Source: Cirrosporium novae-zelandiae (lineage: Eukaryota). Taken from it: 64,000 bases of DNA. The notes below the pieces were generated by a model. The model was not told the origin of the DNA. It ran no database searches and saw nothing but the letters and a program-made list of their open reading frames with translations. Within the stretch, counting starts at the first letter, position 1; each line of letters begins with the position of its first letter. The stretch lies in assembly GCA_026023565.1 (NCBI GenBank), contig JAPETS010000009.1:744001-808000 (forward strand), given 5' to 3'. A program made the translations under genes and the position numbers. Shown one piece after another: positions 50,579 through 64,000 of the stretch.

Positions 50579-52623
50579 TTAAGAGATTGTAGGAGCTGAT
50601 GTGGACAGCTTTTTCCTGAGAGAATTTTTAAGCCCAGTGTCATCGACAACCAAACTGCTTGGTCCTGGCTCGTGGTCCTCACAGCTGCTAGTGTCATCTT
50701 CAGAAGGCAGGAAGATCGCTGAGTCTGGTCGATGCTTCATATTCTGAACCGGCCGCACAGTCATAACAATTGGAGGGAGTGAGTCTCCTAAAATATTGTC
50801 CTGGCTTGTGTATTCCGCATCTGAAGGTCCCGCTATACAATCATCCGCAAGACTCCGTTCCTTTCCCCTGGCAGTCCGCTCGGCTGACAACTGTTGTTCT
50901 AGTTTGGTTTGCTGGTGATGATCCAATAATTCTTGGATCTCGGATTTTTGTTTCAAGGTCAACGAGTGGTTGTCTCGGAGTTTCTCCATCACATCTAGCA
51001 TCTTTGTGAAGTCCGAGTCCCTCTGTTGCAAATGAGAGCTTTTTTTCTCTGCCATCACGAGCTTCTTCGATAGGTCCGATAGTTCGGTGGAATTCTCCTG
51101 AGCCAAGGTCTCTGCTTTCGCATTGTGTGTCCTCTCTTTCAGGAGCTCTGCTTCTAATCGTTCCAACTCTTTCACTTGATCCTTGCATAGGTTCAAAAGC
51201 TTCGAGGTAGTTCTAGTTTGGGATGCAATGTGCTGACGGAGCTCCAGAACGAGTGCATCTTTCGTAAATCTCTTTGCAAGATAACTTGTCAACTTCTTGA
51301 CGTCATCATTACTTGCTTTCTCTCTGTTATAGGATTCCTGGATCGCCATCTTTTGCATGTTGATGGTCGATTGCAGAGAGCTGGTCTTTAACTCGGATTC
51401 CTTTCGCAGTAGAGCAAATTTCTGTTCAGTCGAGTCTTTGGCATGAATGCGGTCGCGGTATTGTTTGTTGACTGCTGTAAGCTGGCCCTGTAATGTCACA
51501 ACTTCCTTCCTAGCTTGTTCTTCCTTGATTTCAAACATAAGGATATCATCTTCTAGTGAGTGAACCTTTTCCCAAGCCCTCGCTGCACTGTCTTCACACG
51601 CCCTTGCCCTATCTTCCAAGTACCGAGCACGAAGATCACCTTCGCTAAGCTTCGTTTTGAGTTCCTGCATAGCCATATCTTGAATGTGATGTTGGCTATA
51701 TGCCGCTTCAAGTTGGGACTGCAATTCCTGAATGTTTGTAATCGCACTGTCAAGCTGTGACTGGAGCTTCCTGGCGACATCTTCTTGGTTCCTGTGCTGA
51801 CCTTCATGGGCAAGATTCTGCTCTTTATGCTTGGCCTGTGCACGTTCAAGCTGCGACCGGAGATCTCCCACCAACAGCTTTTGCAATCTACAATTTTCCA
51901 CGGCGTTGTTAAACCGGTTGACCAGGTTAGCCCTCCGTACTTCGAAGTTTGTCCTATCCCTTTCTGCTTCTTCAACCACTTCAGCCAATTCTTCCTTTAA
52001 GATGGCAAGCTCATGCTGGTATGATGTTTCGGTACTTCGAGTGACCGGTGCCAATGACAATATTTCGAACATTGGGACTGGAGCTGAGTGGGGTCTTTGG
52101 AGCGTGGTAAGTTTTGGGCGGTCTATCGAGCTTGCGACTTCGGTCTTGGACTCTGTGGATGGTGTGGGTACAAAGGTGCCAGCTGGAGTGGAATCTTGGG
52201 AGCTAGCATTCTCTGAATGGGTTTCTTCGAGGCTGGGTTGTATGGTTTCACTATCTATATGAGATAGATCGTGGATTGTGGCTTCGGTTGCAGGAGATAG
52301 GTTGTGAGCGATGTCGTCGGTTGTATCAACTAATCGAATACCAGAGTCCTCGGTTTCATCTGTTAATCGAACACCAGATTCCTCGATATCATCTGCCAAT
52401 GTCGATACCATTGGTAGTTGAAGTTCTCGGAAACCAACTTCGGATTTTGATCGTCCAGTTATCCGTTTTATCCGGTCGACCTGGGGAGGCTAATTCCTAG
52501 GCATTAGAATAGCAAACTCACAGAAGACTGGGGAAAACTTACTACTTTTGCGAATCCACGCTGTATGGTTTTGACCAGGACCATCTCCCTGAACTTCTTG
52601 AGGGACTTGAAGTGTTTACCCAT
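50579..52623 (-). CDS. Hypothetical long coiled-coil protein
   Basis: 610-aa ORF with an E/Q/K/L heptad-rich middle. A short upstream exon starts at ATG 52623 (MGKHFKSLKK..) with a GTAAGT..CTAAT..TAG intron at about 52542-52498. Confidence 0.75.
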
Positions 52624-53913
52624 CTTGATCTCTTGTAGTCCGCAGTACAGAGTTCAGAAGGTATTGGGTAGGTAGAAGATGTAATAATTTCTGTAAAACA
52701 GATAGTCTGATAAAAACTCCTCAATATGCTAAACAGATTATGCAAAAAAAAGAGTGAAATGAATCGTGAGCTCGTAATAATTAAATCAAAGCTGAAACAA
52801 CTCAATGCAAAAACAACAAACAGACAACACAGACAATAGCTGAGAGGGTGAAAGCGTCAAAAAAATACAAGGCGAGAGAAGTAATGGATATATGCCCAAC
52901 CAGCAAGCGAGAAGGAGGTCATTTTTCCCCTTGTGGGTACGGTGTATCTAATTGATCTGAAGTGCGGTGTGTTGGCAATTTGGCTAATCCATACCGGCGT
53001 GAACATAGAGGAAGCATAGACCACGGCCACGTTTCGAAAAAGGGTAGGTAGAGGGGCTGGGCGATCTTCATGAGGGAACTTTGCCCGACAAAAGACCATA
53101 AAAGACCAAAAATACATATTAAATCCATTGATTCTACCATCTACTACTGCAGAGCAGTTCAACATAGTTAAGGTTGGGGGGGGTTTTGAAGGGGAATGAA
53201 CCTGAACTCTGGGACTTGATGATAATAATAATAATAATAAGGTAGGTAATGTAGGTAATTAATGTAATTAATGTAATTAATGACTAATAATAAGAGGTAG
53301 TTGGGCTGCATAGAATGCACAGAATGTATAGAATACATAATGGAATCTTCTTTCTTGATGCCTTGATGCCTAAACACTTTTGTGCTTAAGTTATGTAGTG
53401 CATCCTTGGCACCAGGAACAACACTTAACGGGTCCTCGGGTCTTGAGCTGTCACCAATAGCGAGACGTTCCATGTGAAAAATTCAAAATTCGGAATTCAT
53501 CTGCCTGGACCCGAACAGGGGACCACCAGGAAAGCATTTGGCACTTGTCAAACTACCCCTGACCCCAAGTCAATTCGTACCCAAGTACCTTGTACTGATC
53601 ATGGTAATTCATAATATCATAATTCTATTATTGTTCTTATTTCACTGTCTAAAAATCCCATGGCTGGTAGATCCTGTTGGTAGATCCGGTTATCCCCAAT
53701 CTAGTTACCTTAATTTTCTTGTACCCAGCCCCTCGTTGTCACTGTGTACCAATGTTCTCCAAAGCCTCCAAAGCCTCTTGGTCTATCCGGCAGCCCGAGA
53801 GGGCCTCCTAGAAGCCCCGCCAAAGTTATTCTAACAGCCTATTCGATCATTACGTCATCAAAGTGCCAACGCAAAGTGTCACGCTCATCTTTCGCTTCAC
53901 CACAACCGTGAGC

Positions 53914-55988
53914 TTATGGACCTTCAGCGCTCGCCCCAGCAGTATTCTCCACATCCTTGGTCGTCTTGTGGTGTTTGAACCCTTGCTCCGTCTCCAACGG
54001 TTTGTTCAGGTCGAGTTCTTCACCAAAAAGGCTCAAAATGAGGCCAACACCTGCGAATGCGCACATCACCACCCAAACTATCTTCAACGAATCAGCGTAG
54101 GCTTGAATGAGGTCTGCCTTATCGGTTCCGGCAGCCATCGCTTTGATTATCTGAACGAGTCCACTTGAATCTTTAGCATACTCTGATGCCATTGGGGCCA
54201 GGGCCGGATATTTCAGCAACTTTTGCTTCATTTGGTTCTGAAAGATAACACCTCCGATAGCGACGCCGATTGCTTGACCGAAAGCGCGGAAAAAGGAGAA
54301 CATTGCGACAGCGAAAGCGAGGTCGGCATTAGTACTTGAGGCTTGGATAGAGAAAGCCAAGCTTGGGAAAAGGATGCCCATGCCTATTCCACTAACAAGA
54401 TACATAAAAATCCATTCCACGGTCTTCGTATTAACATCGAGAAGGTAAAGAATTCCCATTCCAAATGTAGTCAATACCCACCCAATCCAAATTGATAGCC
54501 GATAGCGATTGGTCTTGGTGATAAGTATGCCCGTTACCATTGCCAAGGGAGCAACAGTAAACGTATCTGGAAACTATACACATACGTCAGTTTTACATAT
54601 TGGGAGTAACCTAGGGACTCGTTCCTACCATGGAAACACCTGCAAGGATGGGTGACTCATTCTTAACGGCTTCAAAATACAACGGGCCATAATACCTAGA
54701 TCTATCGTAAGACCGTAGTCATGAACCAACATCTAAACAACTTACAAAAGTCCCCAAAGGATCATACCATGAAGAACAGTTCCAATGTATGTAACAATAG
54801 CAGTTCGGTTACCAAAAATTCCTAAGCGAATAAGTGGTTCAACGGCGACATATTTTTCGTATAAGATAAACCCGACCAAGCCAGCAATGCCGAGCAGCAG
54901 AGGAACTAGTGTTCTCCACGAATCCCAAGGATACATGACACCACCCTAGTTTGAAATTAGTCGTGGTAATAATATGAGATTGATTTAAACTATACCCAGG
55001 TAATTGGGATAAGGAAGCTGGTTGCAGAGCCAACAAAGATGATGGAGCCGATCCAGTCAACCCGCCGGAGTTGTTTTTTTAAGGAGCTTGGTATAAAATT
55101 GAGCCTGAGGAATATAGGGACCATGATAAAGGCCATGCCAATAAATGGCAGGTTTATGTAAAAGACTAGAAAAGGAATTAGTATAAAGGCCTTTCAGATG
55201 AATAGTTCAAATCATACTCCATCGCTATAGTCTAGTTAGTCTTGAGCAATACAGAGGGAGCAACGGTATTTACCCAGGAAACCTTTTCACTAAACGCTCC
55301 TCCAATTATTGGACCTGTGACAGAGCCTACTGACCAAGTGGCACTGATGACACCAAACCATTGCCCTCGAAGTCTCAAAGGGACAAGATCTGTAACGATA
55401 ATCTCGGTAAGAGCAATAATGCCACCTCCACCAATGCCCTGAATAGAGCGACCGACTAGGAGTTGTGTGAAGTTATTCGAGAGTGCTCCGACCAAGGTTC
55501 CAACGAAGAAGAATACGAGTGCTATAAGGACCATGGGCTTTCGTCCGAAGATGTGAGAGAATGATGCAAAATTAGGTTGAAAAACTATCTCCTCATTAAG
55601 CTCAGAACATTGCCTTGATATCTCTAACACGTACCAGTCGAGGCCAAAAGGAAGGATGTTCCAGCCCAGAATGCTTCAATTGCAGAACCTTTGAGCTTTT
55701 GGGAGATTATCTAAAAGGGCTAAGTTTCTCACTCAAAAGGCATTGGGGGAAGATAAGTATTATACTTACAGGCAGGGCAACTGATAGTGATGTACCATCT
55801 AGAGCTACCATCATGGTAAGTACCGATAGAGTAGCAAAAGCTAGATAGAAGTGCAATCCTGGATTGAATTCCGGGATATCATTTTCACTGCCGGTGGCTA
55901 TGGACGAGGTATCTCTGGAAACGGAAGAGTTTGATGCAGCGTCTGAATTCTTTTCATCTGTGATCTCAGGGGTATCCATGTTGTTCAT
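53914..55988 (-). CDS. MFS drug:H+ antiporter (DHA2, 14-TMS type)
   Basis: ALDGTSLSVALP, SHIFGRKP, GRSIQGIGGGG, GPIIGGAF, WRWIFYINLP and FSFFRAFGQAIG. About seven short introns, including a 7-nt exon. Confidence 0.92.
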
Positions 55989-56766
55989 ACTGCCTCCCGA
56001 AGCTATAAGAAAGAACAAAGATATATTTTATATTAGAGAAAGGATTTATATCAGGAAGGAAAGCTTTGAGACACAAGAGACAGATATGAGGGGGGCGAAG
56101 ACACCTCCATATCTGTATGATTTATATTCTGTTCCTGCAAGGCAGAAACATTCAAGATATTTCGCATGGTCAGCAAAGTAGAATTATTGACCCGCAGGCG
56201 ATGGGTAAAACCGAGTGCACTTCGGGGCATATATGTCCAACACACATCATAGCAACCTATTACAGTACAAATTTGAAGTAGAAGGAGCTCTATGCTTGCT
56301 CATCTTCGTGATGACAGGATGATTTTCACGTTTTCTCCGACCTTGTACGGATAAAATCCTGGCCCGACTCCTAAACGCCGTCTAAGAGTCCTGAACGGGT
56401 AATGGTAGGGCTTGGACGTCGGCCGTAAATATCGGATAGTTGTTCATCCACAGATAATTCCTGCAAGGATATGGATTACTCACTCTAGAAAGTAACCTCA
56501 TTGGCTCGGCTGGCATCGAACTTTAAATTTGAAGCGATATATTCCGACCCAGACACCCGAAGCTAAATTTCTATAGGGCATAATTAACCTGTTGTTTACG
56601 CACGTATCATGCTTCTCAGTAATCCAGTCAACTTTTGATAACTCAACAGAGCTTCCAAAATAAAGCTCTCTTGATTTATTTCACCGCCAGGATGGTAAGC
56701 TCGTTGCTCGTTACTCGTTACTCTAACACAATACTTCAATCGCAATTCTTGTTTTGGCTGGCGGCA

Positions 56767-58156
56767 TCACCATTCTCTTATACTTCCATCTGGACCAAAA
56801 AATCCACCAGATTCCCAAGGTTTGGTCTCTTGAGCAACTTTCCTTACCTCTTCTTCGTCTATTTCTATCCCAAGACCAGGGCCATTCAGCCCATCAATAT
56901 ATCCATCCTTGATGGCGAATACACTTGAGTCCTTGAGATAGCTTGTAACATCATAAGTACCAGCCTCTTTATTATAATGCATTCCTAGTGACATTTCTTG
57001 TATGGTATGGTTCGGAGTTGACAGGCCAACCTGAATGCAAGCTGCTAAAGCGATGGGTCCGAGAGGACAATGTGGTGCAAGTGCTACATCATAGGCTTCT
57101 GCCATGGCCGCGATTTTTTTGATCTCAGATATTCCCCCACAATGAGCTATATCGGGTTGAATAATATCAATCGACCCATTTTCTAGGAATCTCTTAACAT
57201 CCCACCGACTATACAGTCGTTCCCCGAGGGCAATTGGGCATGTAGTCAAATTAGACAATTTTTCGATACCTTCGGGATGCTCTGAGAGAAGAGGTTCTTC
57301 TATGAAAAGGGGATGATATGGCTCAAGTGCTTTGGCAAGTTGTTTCGCCATAGGCTGGAGGAATTAGTCTCAAGTTATAAATTGCATGAACATATAAATG
57401 GGTAAGACAAGACTCCATTTAATATCTAGCAATCTAGATGAGAAGATACAATCTTTCGCAGCACCTCAAGTCATCAGAGTGCGGAATTACTCGAGTTCAT
57501 CCATAGCTTGCAAGGACGTGTTATACGATGGGAGGAGGAACTTACTTTATGAATCCGTCCATGGAAGTCAACACCAGCATCAAGACCAAGATTCCGGACA
57601 GTTTTGAGTCTCTCGACCGAGGATTCGAGTACTCGAGGTGAATCAAGCCAATTTACATCTTCGGTAGCATTCATCTTGATTGCCTTGAAACCCTGTTTGA
57701 TCCGTTCCTTTGCTGCTTTCTCGACATCGGATGGTCGATCTCCACCAATCCAGGCATAAACAGATATTTTGGTTCTGACTTTTCCCCCAAGTAGCTGGTA
57801 GATTGGTACTCCAAGTTTCCTCGCTTTGAGGTCCCAAAGGGCGATATCGATCCCGGACATTGCAGACATGAATACAGGACCACCACGATAAAATCCAAGC
57901 CGCCAGCCAGTTTGCCATATGTTTTCAATGTCCCTACGAGGTGAGCTTCTGATGGCACATTTAGAAATCTAAATACTTACTCAGCTTCATAACCCTTGAT
58001 ACGCCGGATCATTTCATTCAACGTTCCCTCTACAGCTTCCGTATGCCCTTCTAAAGTGGCTTCTCCCCAGCCATAGTTGTTTTGATCATCTTGAATCTTG
58101 ACGAATAGCCATCGTGGAAGGACTCGAAAATATTCAACAGATTTGATCGGGGCCAT
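56767..58156 (-). CDS. dgoD: D-galactonate dehydratase (enolase superfamily, mandelate racemase subgroup)
   Basis: PRWLFVKI..GWGEATLEGH, FYRGGPVFMSAMSGIDIALWDLK, KMNATE, DFHGRIHK, FIEEP, GERLYSRWD and APHCPLGP. Introns at about 57938-57980 and 57355-57545. Confidence 0.92.
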
Positions 58157-59772
58157 ATCTAATGTCCAATTTTAGATCAGTAGGAAACAGCTTCTGTAGT
58201 GATAGGAAGTAGAACAAGAATGTAAACCGAAAAAGCCAAAGACGGACTTTCGAGTCGAGTAAAAACCCAGTGTCGGTGGGGTTCGTGACCTTTAAGCTAC
58301 TCGAAAAATATCGGCTATAGTCAGGGCGAGTCAGCTTGTAGAAGCTTTATGTCGGTCTGATTGTGACCGAGTTGCTCTTTGGTGAACTCATCGTTTCATC
58401 TCATTACCGGAAAAGAATCCGCGTGGGGATTGCTGAACATGAGTCTGAACCTACAGGCCAGCATTCCAGAGCCTAAGCTTCATATAATATCATATGACTC
58501 TTCGATTGGAATGATGTAGGACAGTTTTTGTTTATTGCAGTAAATCAAATATGAGCACTTGATTGCCTCTAAAAGATGGTAGAGAATCGGCGATTTCGTA
58601 CTGTTAATGACATATAACTCTACAGTGAACCTTGCATATGATATAGTGCGGGGGTCTTCATGTTCAACGCCAGGTTAGAGGTCATATGTTACCATCTGCT
58701 GCTAAAAAAAGGTTTCTGGGCAAACAAAATAATTATTTTTTGTTCTATCAGTCAATAGTCAATCCGGCATCGGACTTTTAATATTTCAATATTCTGGCTT
58801 GGCAAAAGGAACTGTTTTTTATCAAAGCACAGCTTGCAAGTACACCTAATATAGGAAGGTAGTATTCATAATAGATACCTATTCATGACCAACAAGGATA
58901 TTATACGGTATTTCACACATACCTATCGATGTAAACAAGTAATCGATCTATATATTACGAACGAGGTAATGATAGAAGACTGATAGGACAAGCCTAGTAC
59001 ATGAAATTTGGCTCTGAGGAAGTCCTGTATGAATCTTGAAGAACAGCATAGGAGGCTCTGGAAGCAGACCTACATTTCATGTTTGAGAAAGTGTTGGTGT
59101 GTGGATTGTTGTTCCCAAGTAGGAAAACCATAAATACCAAAGCTGAAACAATAATTGCGACACTCATTAAGCTTCAGTAATGTCATGGAAACATATAAGA
59201 ACATGATAAGAAATAAAACATGGATGATATTGACATTTTAGGACTGAAGATAGACCTAGAACAGTAATGTCACAGAGATAATATATACATACAAAGGGAG
59301 GTTAAAAAAGGGTCAATACCTGGAGAGCAAGGAAGAAAGTTATATTGGGGTTGTGCGACCAAGACTGTAGAAGGAGCCTTCCAGAATTGCGATTCAATCA
59401 ATAATGCACTGAATTGACCACTGAGAGAATAGTAATATTAGCCAACAAACGGGCTTTGTTCTGGAGTGTGTGTTGTTCGGAGTAGAGGAAGTTCAATATA
59501 TGGATTACAGAGATGACGCGAATAGACCTTTGTCATGCGCCCGCTCTCTTCTCTGTCACTCCTTGAGAGGCTTTTGAACCGCCTTCCTGCCACACATCAT
59601 TGTTCAACCTAATTAACCTTCGAATTCTTCCCAATATCGTCGTATGACCACCAATTCACTGAGAGTGAAATTCTATTCAATATCCCTAGCAACTGGAAAC
59701 TACCTGCAGGGGTGAAGAAAATCAACCAGGCAGTCCCGATAGCCCTGGGCTATCCTATCCAAAAGGCCTGCG

Positions 59773-61694
59773 ATGCCCCCCGCAAACTCCCCTACCGTTC
59801 GTGTTATCTCTATCTTCATGTTAAGCATCTCGACGTTTGCTCATAATTCTGGTCCTTTAGGATACCCCTTCAAACCCTACAACAGCCAATGAGAGCCCAT
59901 ACCTGCAACAGCTCCAAGCGATAACTAGTCCTGTCCCGAACCTCGCCGCAACGCTCACGACTGCTTCCGACGATGATGCAAATGAGGGAAACATTAGCTT
60001 TGTCCGCACCCGTCTACGAGAAAGCTCCGATAATACACTGAGCCTTTCTAGGCGCAGACGACAAGCCTTAGTACCGGATGATGAATTTGAACAATTCTAT
60101 ACCCAATCTGATAACCAGAGGAGGATGCGAAGAGCCCTAGACTTTCAGCGGAGATATAGCCCCGAACTGTCCGAATCACTTCGAGTTATAGAGCAAGCAA
60201 GCTCGACTACCTACAGCAATCGCGTTCCTTCTAGACAATCATTGTATGATTGGGCACCGGCGAGATCTAATACTGATGAGGATGCGACTTATGACGAACT
60301 CCAGAGGCTTATCGAAGAGAGGCGACAGATCCACCGGGACCGCCATCCTGGGCTCTCTGACATCCCCACATGGCGGCCAGTTCCCCTACCTGTACCCGAA
60401 TCCAGGTCAACATATTCGCAAAGATCAGGAGGTCGCTCCTCTATGCAACCGCCACAAACCTCGATGAGCTCCGAGTCTTCATTACAGAGAACTGCACTGC
60501 TTCAGTCAGTCCGACGCCACCCACGATTTTCGAGCAGGTCAAGAAGCAACCTTCAAAGTTTCGTCTTAGATCGAGAGAGGACAGGGCAAGATGCTGAAGA
60601 TAGAGACCGACCAGGTACTCCTCCCGAACCGCCAAGTCGAGAGGCTGAAAGAGAGAGGAGAGCACAATCTCGGCGAGCATTAGATTACCTCCGACAACGA
60701 TACCTAGAAAATTCACCTCACAACGCGCCATCCAGCTCCCCATTGACCGAAAAAGCAATTACGTATCTCGAACGTTTACGTTTCTCAAGTTCTTACGAAG
60801 AAAGCCTTATGTCTGCCGCCGCTGGTGGTTTCGCCTGTGCCGACTTCCTCGGTGAGCAGCACGAAGACTTCATCCTTGATACCGCAAGCATCGATCCCCC
60901 ACCGCCGAGCTCCTGGCTCTGTGTCGGTAGTGTTTTTTCTGGTCATCAAAGAGCAACATCTTCCTTGTCCTCTGTTTTCACCAGCACCCTACGAGATCGT
61001 GATGAACGTAATCGAGAGATTCTTCGGTTTCGGGACTCGGAATTTTCGCAATTTGCACCGATCCGTTCGAACCTCGCATCCTCAATTATTTCCAACTTCT
61101 CGCCTAGCCAGGAAGATCAATGGCCTGTACGAGTCACTCTACACGGCGTTGATTACTCGACCATGACCTTGGCTGGGACAATGGAGGCACATAGCATTCC
61201 GGATAAGGCCTCTCCTACAAACGAGACAAGCATCACAACGTATCTGGAGGGCGAAATAATTGATTTCAACAATTTTACACTAGAGACTAAGAGTTACAAG
61301 GCGGATGCTAAGACAGACAGCACATACTGGCGGAAGCTGGAACCCTTCAAAGGACTTTCAGATGATGAGATTGCCGTGAGATTACTGAGTAGGAAATGGT
61401 TAATAGAGGAGCTATCAAAAAATTGGGTTCTAATGAGATGGAAGGGTAAGCTTATCGATCCAACACAACAGACCCATTTTTTATCTTCGTATCTAACCAA
61501 ACCCCATAGAGAAATGTTTCATCACTCCTTCCTCGCATCGCTCCGGCCTCACTATTTCTGGATTCTATTACATCTCGATGCGTCGCGACGATGGCCGTAT
61601 CGAAGGCCTCTACTATGATCCTGGAAGTTCTCCGTATCAACACCTAACTCTCACTCCAGAGAAAAAGACATTCCCTACATACGAATTTAGATAA
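59773..61694 (+). CDS. Vid24/Gid4-like protein (vacuolar import and degradation domain) with long disordered N-terminus
   Basis: ATG at 59773, introns at about 59797-59860 and 61446-61510. Contains WPVRVTLHGVD..LAGTMEA, TYLEGEIIDF, WVLMRWKEKCF and GLTISGFYYISMRR..IEGLYYDPGSSPYQHL; TAA at 61694. Confidence 0.87.
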
Positions 61695-61699
61695 CAAGG

Positions 61700-64000
61700 C
61701 CAGAAGTATATATCCAGAAACAGGTCGAGAAGGGGGGGAGGAAGAGAGAGAGAATATAAAAAGGGTAGATAGAATGAAGGAAGGAAAGAACAGGAATTGA
61801 AAAACAAAGGAAATGGATTTTTTTCTTATTCCAAACAAACCTCTTCGAATAAGCATGGCGTTGGTAATGGTTTTGACACTTGACACACCCTTGGCATGGC
61901 GGGCGCAGGACTTCATATTATCAAGTCAAGTTTACACTTTGAAATCAAACGCATGTTCTTTTTTTTTTGGTTTCCAATGTACCGCACCGTACTTCCCAAC
62001 CGGCTTCTTTTCAAGGACCACACCCCCAAAAAGATAGCGAGGCTTTTATAGGGGGTACGTTTTTCATATTCTTTTTTTTTTTCTTTTTACATTTCTAGGA
62101 CCATGGTATGATCAAGCATGATGATCTGCAAAAAACCAATTGGGAGTTTTTGTAATTTAGTTCTAGGTTGTACAGTATCTTATGAGCTTAAGATTGTAAT
62201 ACTTTATGTTTACGTTTTTCCTTTTCCTTTTCCTTTTCCTTTCCTTTTCGCTTTTCTTTTTCGTACCTAGATTATCCTGGAAAACTAACTAAATGAAGAA
62301 AGGACCTTTTGAAAACAACTATTGTTAGATTTTAGAAAGGGAAGCCAAAAAAAAAAAAAAAAAGGACGTGGGCGTAGGATATCTAACTATCTAATTATCC
62401 GCTAATTAATTACTTGAGCGGATACCTAATCCAATTCAAGTATTAGGGATGTGGGATATGGATATGGATGTATAACCTGGCTGGCTGTGCTGGCTGTTGC
62501 TACGGCGTAATAGTTTTTTTTTTTTTTTTTTGTAGTAGTAGTAGTATCCAGATTTATCCTGGAGGACATTTATTTGAAAACACTATACTACGTAAGATTT
62601 ACGGATTCAATTTCCTTTGCTATCCCATCCCCTCAAACCCATCCATCCCATCCCTATCCTCATCCTCTAGCCCCCAACCCCGCCACCATCAACTTATTAA
62701 CTTGTTAGAAGAAATACTTCTTCTGATATGAGGGGACGGGGGGGGGGTTATACATACATATAGAATAGATAAGGGAATGAGGGAAAAGTAAAGTAAAATA
62801 CCTTGAAGTAACTACTCAAAGAGCCTGGTCGCTGGGGCTGGTTAGGCTTTTTGGGAAATGCCTTGGGGGGTCTGGCAGGCGAGGGGAGGCTTGGGAGATA
62901 GTGAAGGTGTGGGTAGTTCAAAGAAAGAAAGAGAGAGAGAGAGAGATGTGGATAATAGGGATATGAGGGGCATAGGGGGATATAGCATCATAGTTATAGT
63001 TGTGATCATAATGTGTATCCGACCTTAGAGCTAGTGTACATATATATAATATAATCAACACCAACACCAACACCAACACCAAAACAAAAACGAAAATCCC
63101 CCTTCTTATCTTCCTTTTTATAATTAACTAATATCTCCACTTCATTCATATCTCCAATCTCTCAATCTCTTTCTCTCGAAGGGGATACAAGTATAAGTAT
63201 AAGTACAAGTACCAAAACTACCCCACTCCCTCCCCACCACCATCCCTGTTCTGTCCTACCCAGGTCCTATCTAAAGTCGTAAGGGGAGGGGTAGAGTAAA
63301 AGTAGTAGTAGCAGGGGAAAAAAAAAGAAAAGGTGTTGATTGATGATATGGAAAAATAGAAAGAAGGAAGGATGGATGGATGGATGGATGGTAACGGGAT
63401 TGGAATCAGGACTGGAATTATTTAGGGTAGGTAGGTATGGGTATGGGTATAGGATGTTAGGGGTTGGGGTATGTGATAGTAGGATGGAGATGGAGACAGA
63501 GATGGAGGATAGGTTTATTAAGGGGAGGAAACTTCAAGGATAAAAGAGAGAGAGAGAGAGACTATTTAGTTGTTTAGTTAGTTTTTGGAATCGAATTTTT
63601 GTTTTGAGACTTTTTTATTTTTGAAGCCTCTCCCACCCACAGACAGCTAATATACTAGCTTTTTTGTTTTCTGTAATTGAAAAAATACACTTAGTAGTAG
63701 AACCCTGAGTGTTTATGTGCTATAATCCATCTCAGATTCAAACAACAAGCATATAAGCTCAATCAATCAAGATCAATTCTGTTCCATTTCATATTCCTCC
63801 CCCTCCCCGTCAACCCTCAAGGTAAGTAACAATCATCCATCCATCCCCCCCTTTTGAATTCCTGCACAACACACAACACCCTAAAATCCATTCCTCCATA
63901 TCACATCACCACCATCATCATCATAATCATAGGGTTATGTGTATCAAGTAAACGAGGGTTTTGTTTCATCCAGTCAACAAAAAAGTAAAGTTGGACGGGT
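61700..64000. repeat. Low-complexity/microsatellite-rich intergenic island
   Basis: Poly-A/T/G, (ttttcc)n, (ag)n, (gatg)n and (accaac)n; no credible ORF. Confidence 0.75.

Noticed and set aside
57355..57545. Intronic box C/D snoRNAs in the longer introns (dgoD, bli-3, E2, S41)
   Set aside because: Only partial TGATGA/CTGA matches without correct spacing or terminal stems; an Infernal/snoscan search would be needed.

Overview
This is eukaryotic genomic DNA from a filamentous ascomycete (Pezizomycotina), judged by short GT..CTRAC..AG introns and fungal gene families. It holds about 23 mostly intron-containing genes. The left arm is largely conserved housekeeping genes: DPH5 (partial), a BLI-3-like stress protein, a TFIIIC subunit, ALG1, an Msc2/Cis4-type CDF zinc transporter, an E2 enzyme and a carnitine/acylcarnitine carrier. 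An accessory-looking middle follows. It contains (i) a candidate co-regulated module at 22.7-33.5 kb (plant-type SABATH methyltransferase, APC permease, Zn2Cys6 factor, CCoAOMT-type O-methyltransferase, secreted CE1 esterase) with recurring CGGAGA(T) half-sites upstream of the two methyltransferases and the regulator, and a 134-bp foldback element; and (ii) an immune-like locus at 33.8-40.2 kb (disrupted membrane-protein gene, small membrane peptide, Clr5-ankyrin gene with near-identical 111-bp repeats). The right arm has an S41 peptidase, NCS1 permease, VOC protein, coiled-coil protein, DHA2 MFS transporter (7-nt micro-exon), D-galactonate dehydratase and a Vid24/Gid4-like gene. Microsatellite-rich islands with sharp C-to-G skew flips separate the gene blocks. 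I found no tRNA, rRNA, CRISPR array or autonomous transposon. All family calls are from motif recognition by eye and exon boundaries were derived manually; no database search was run.
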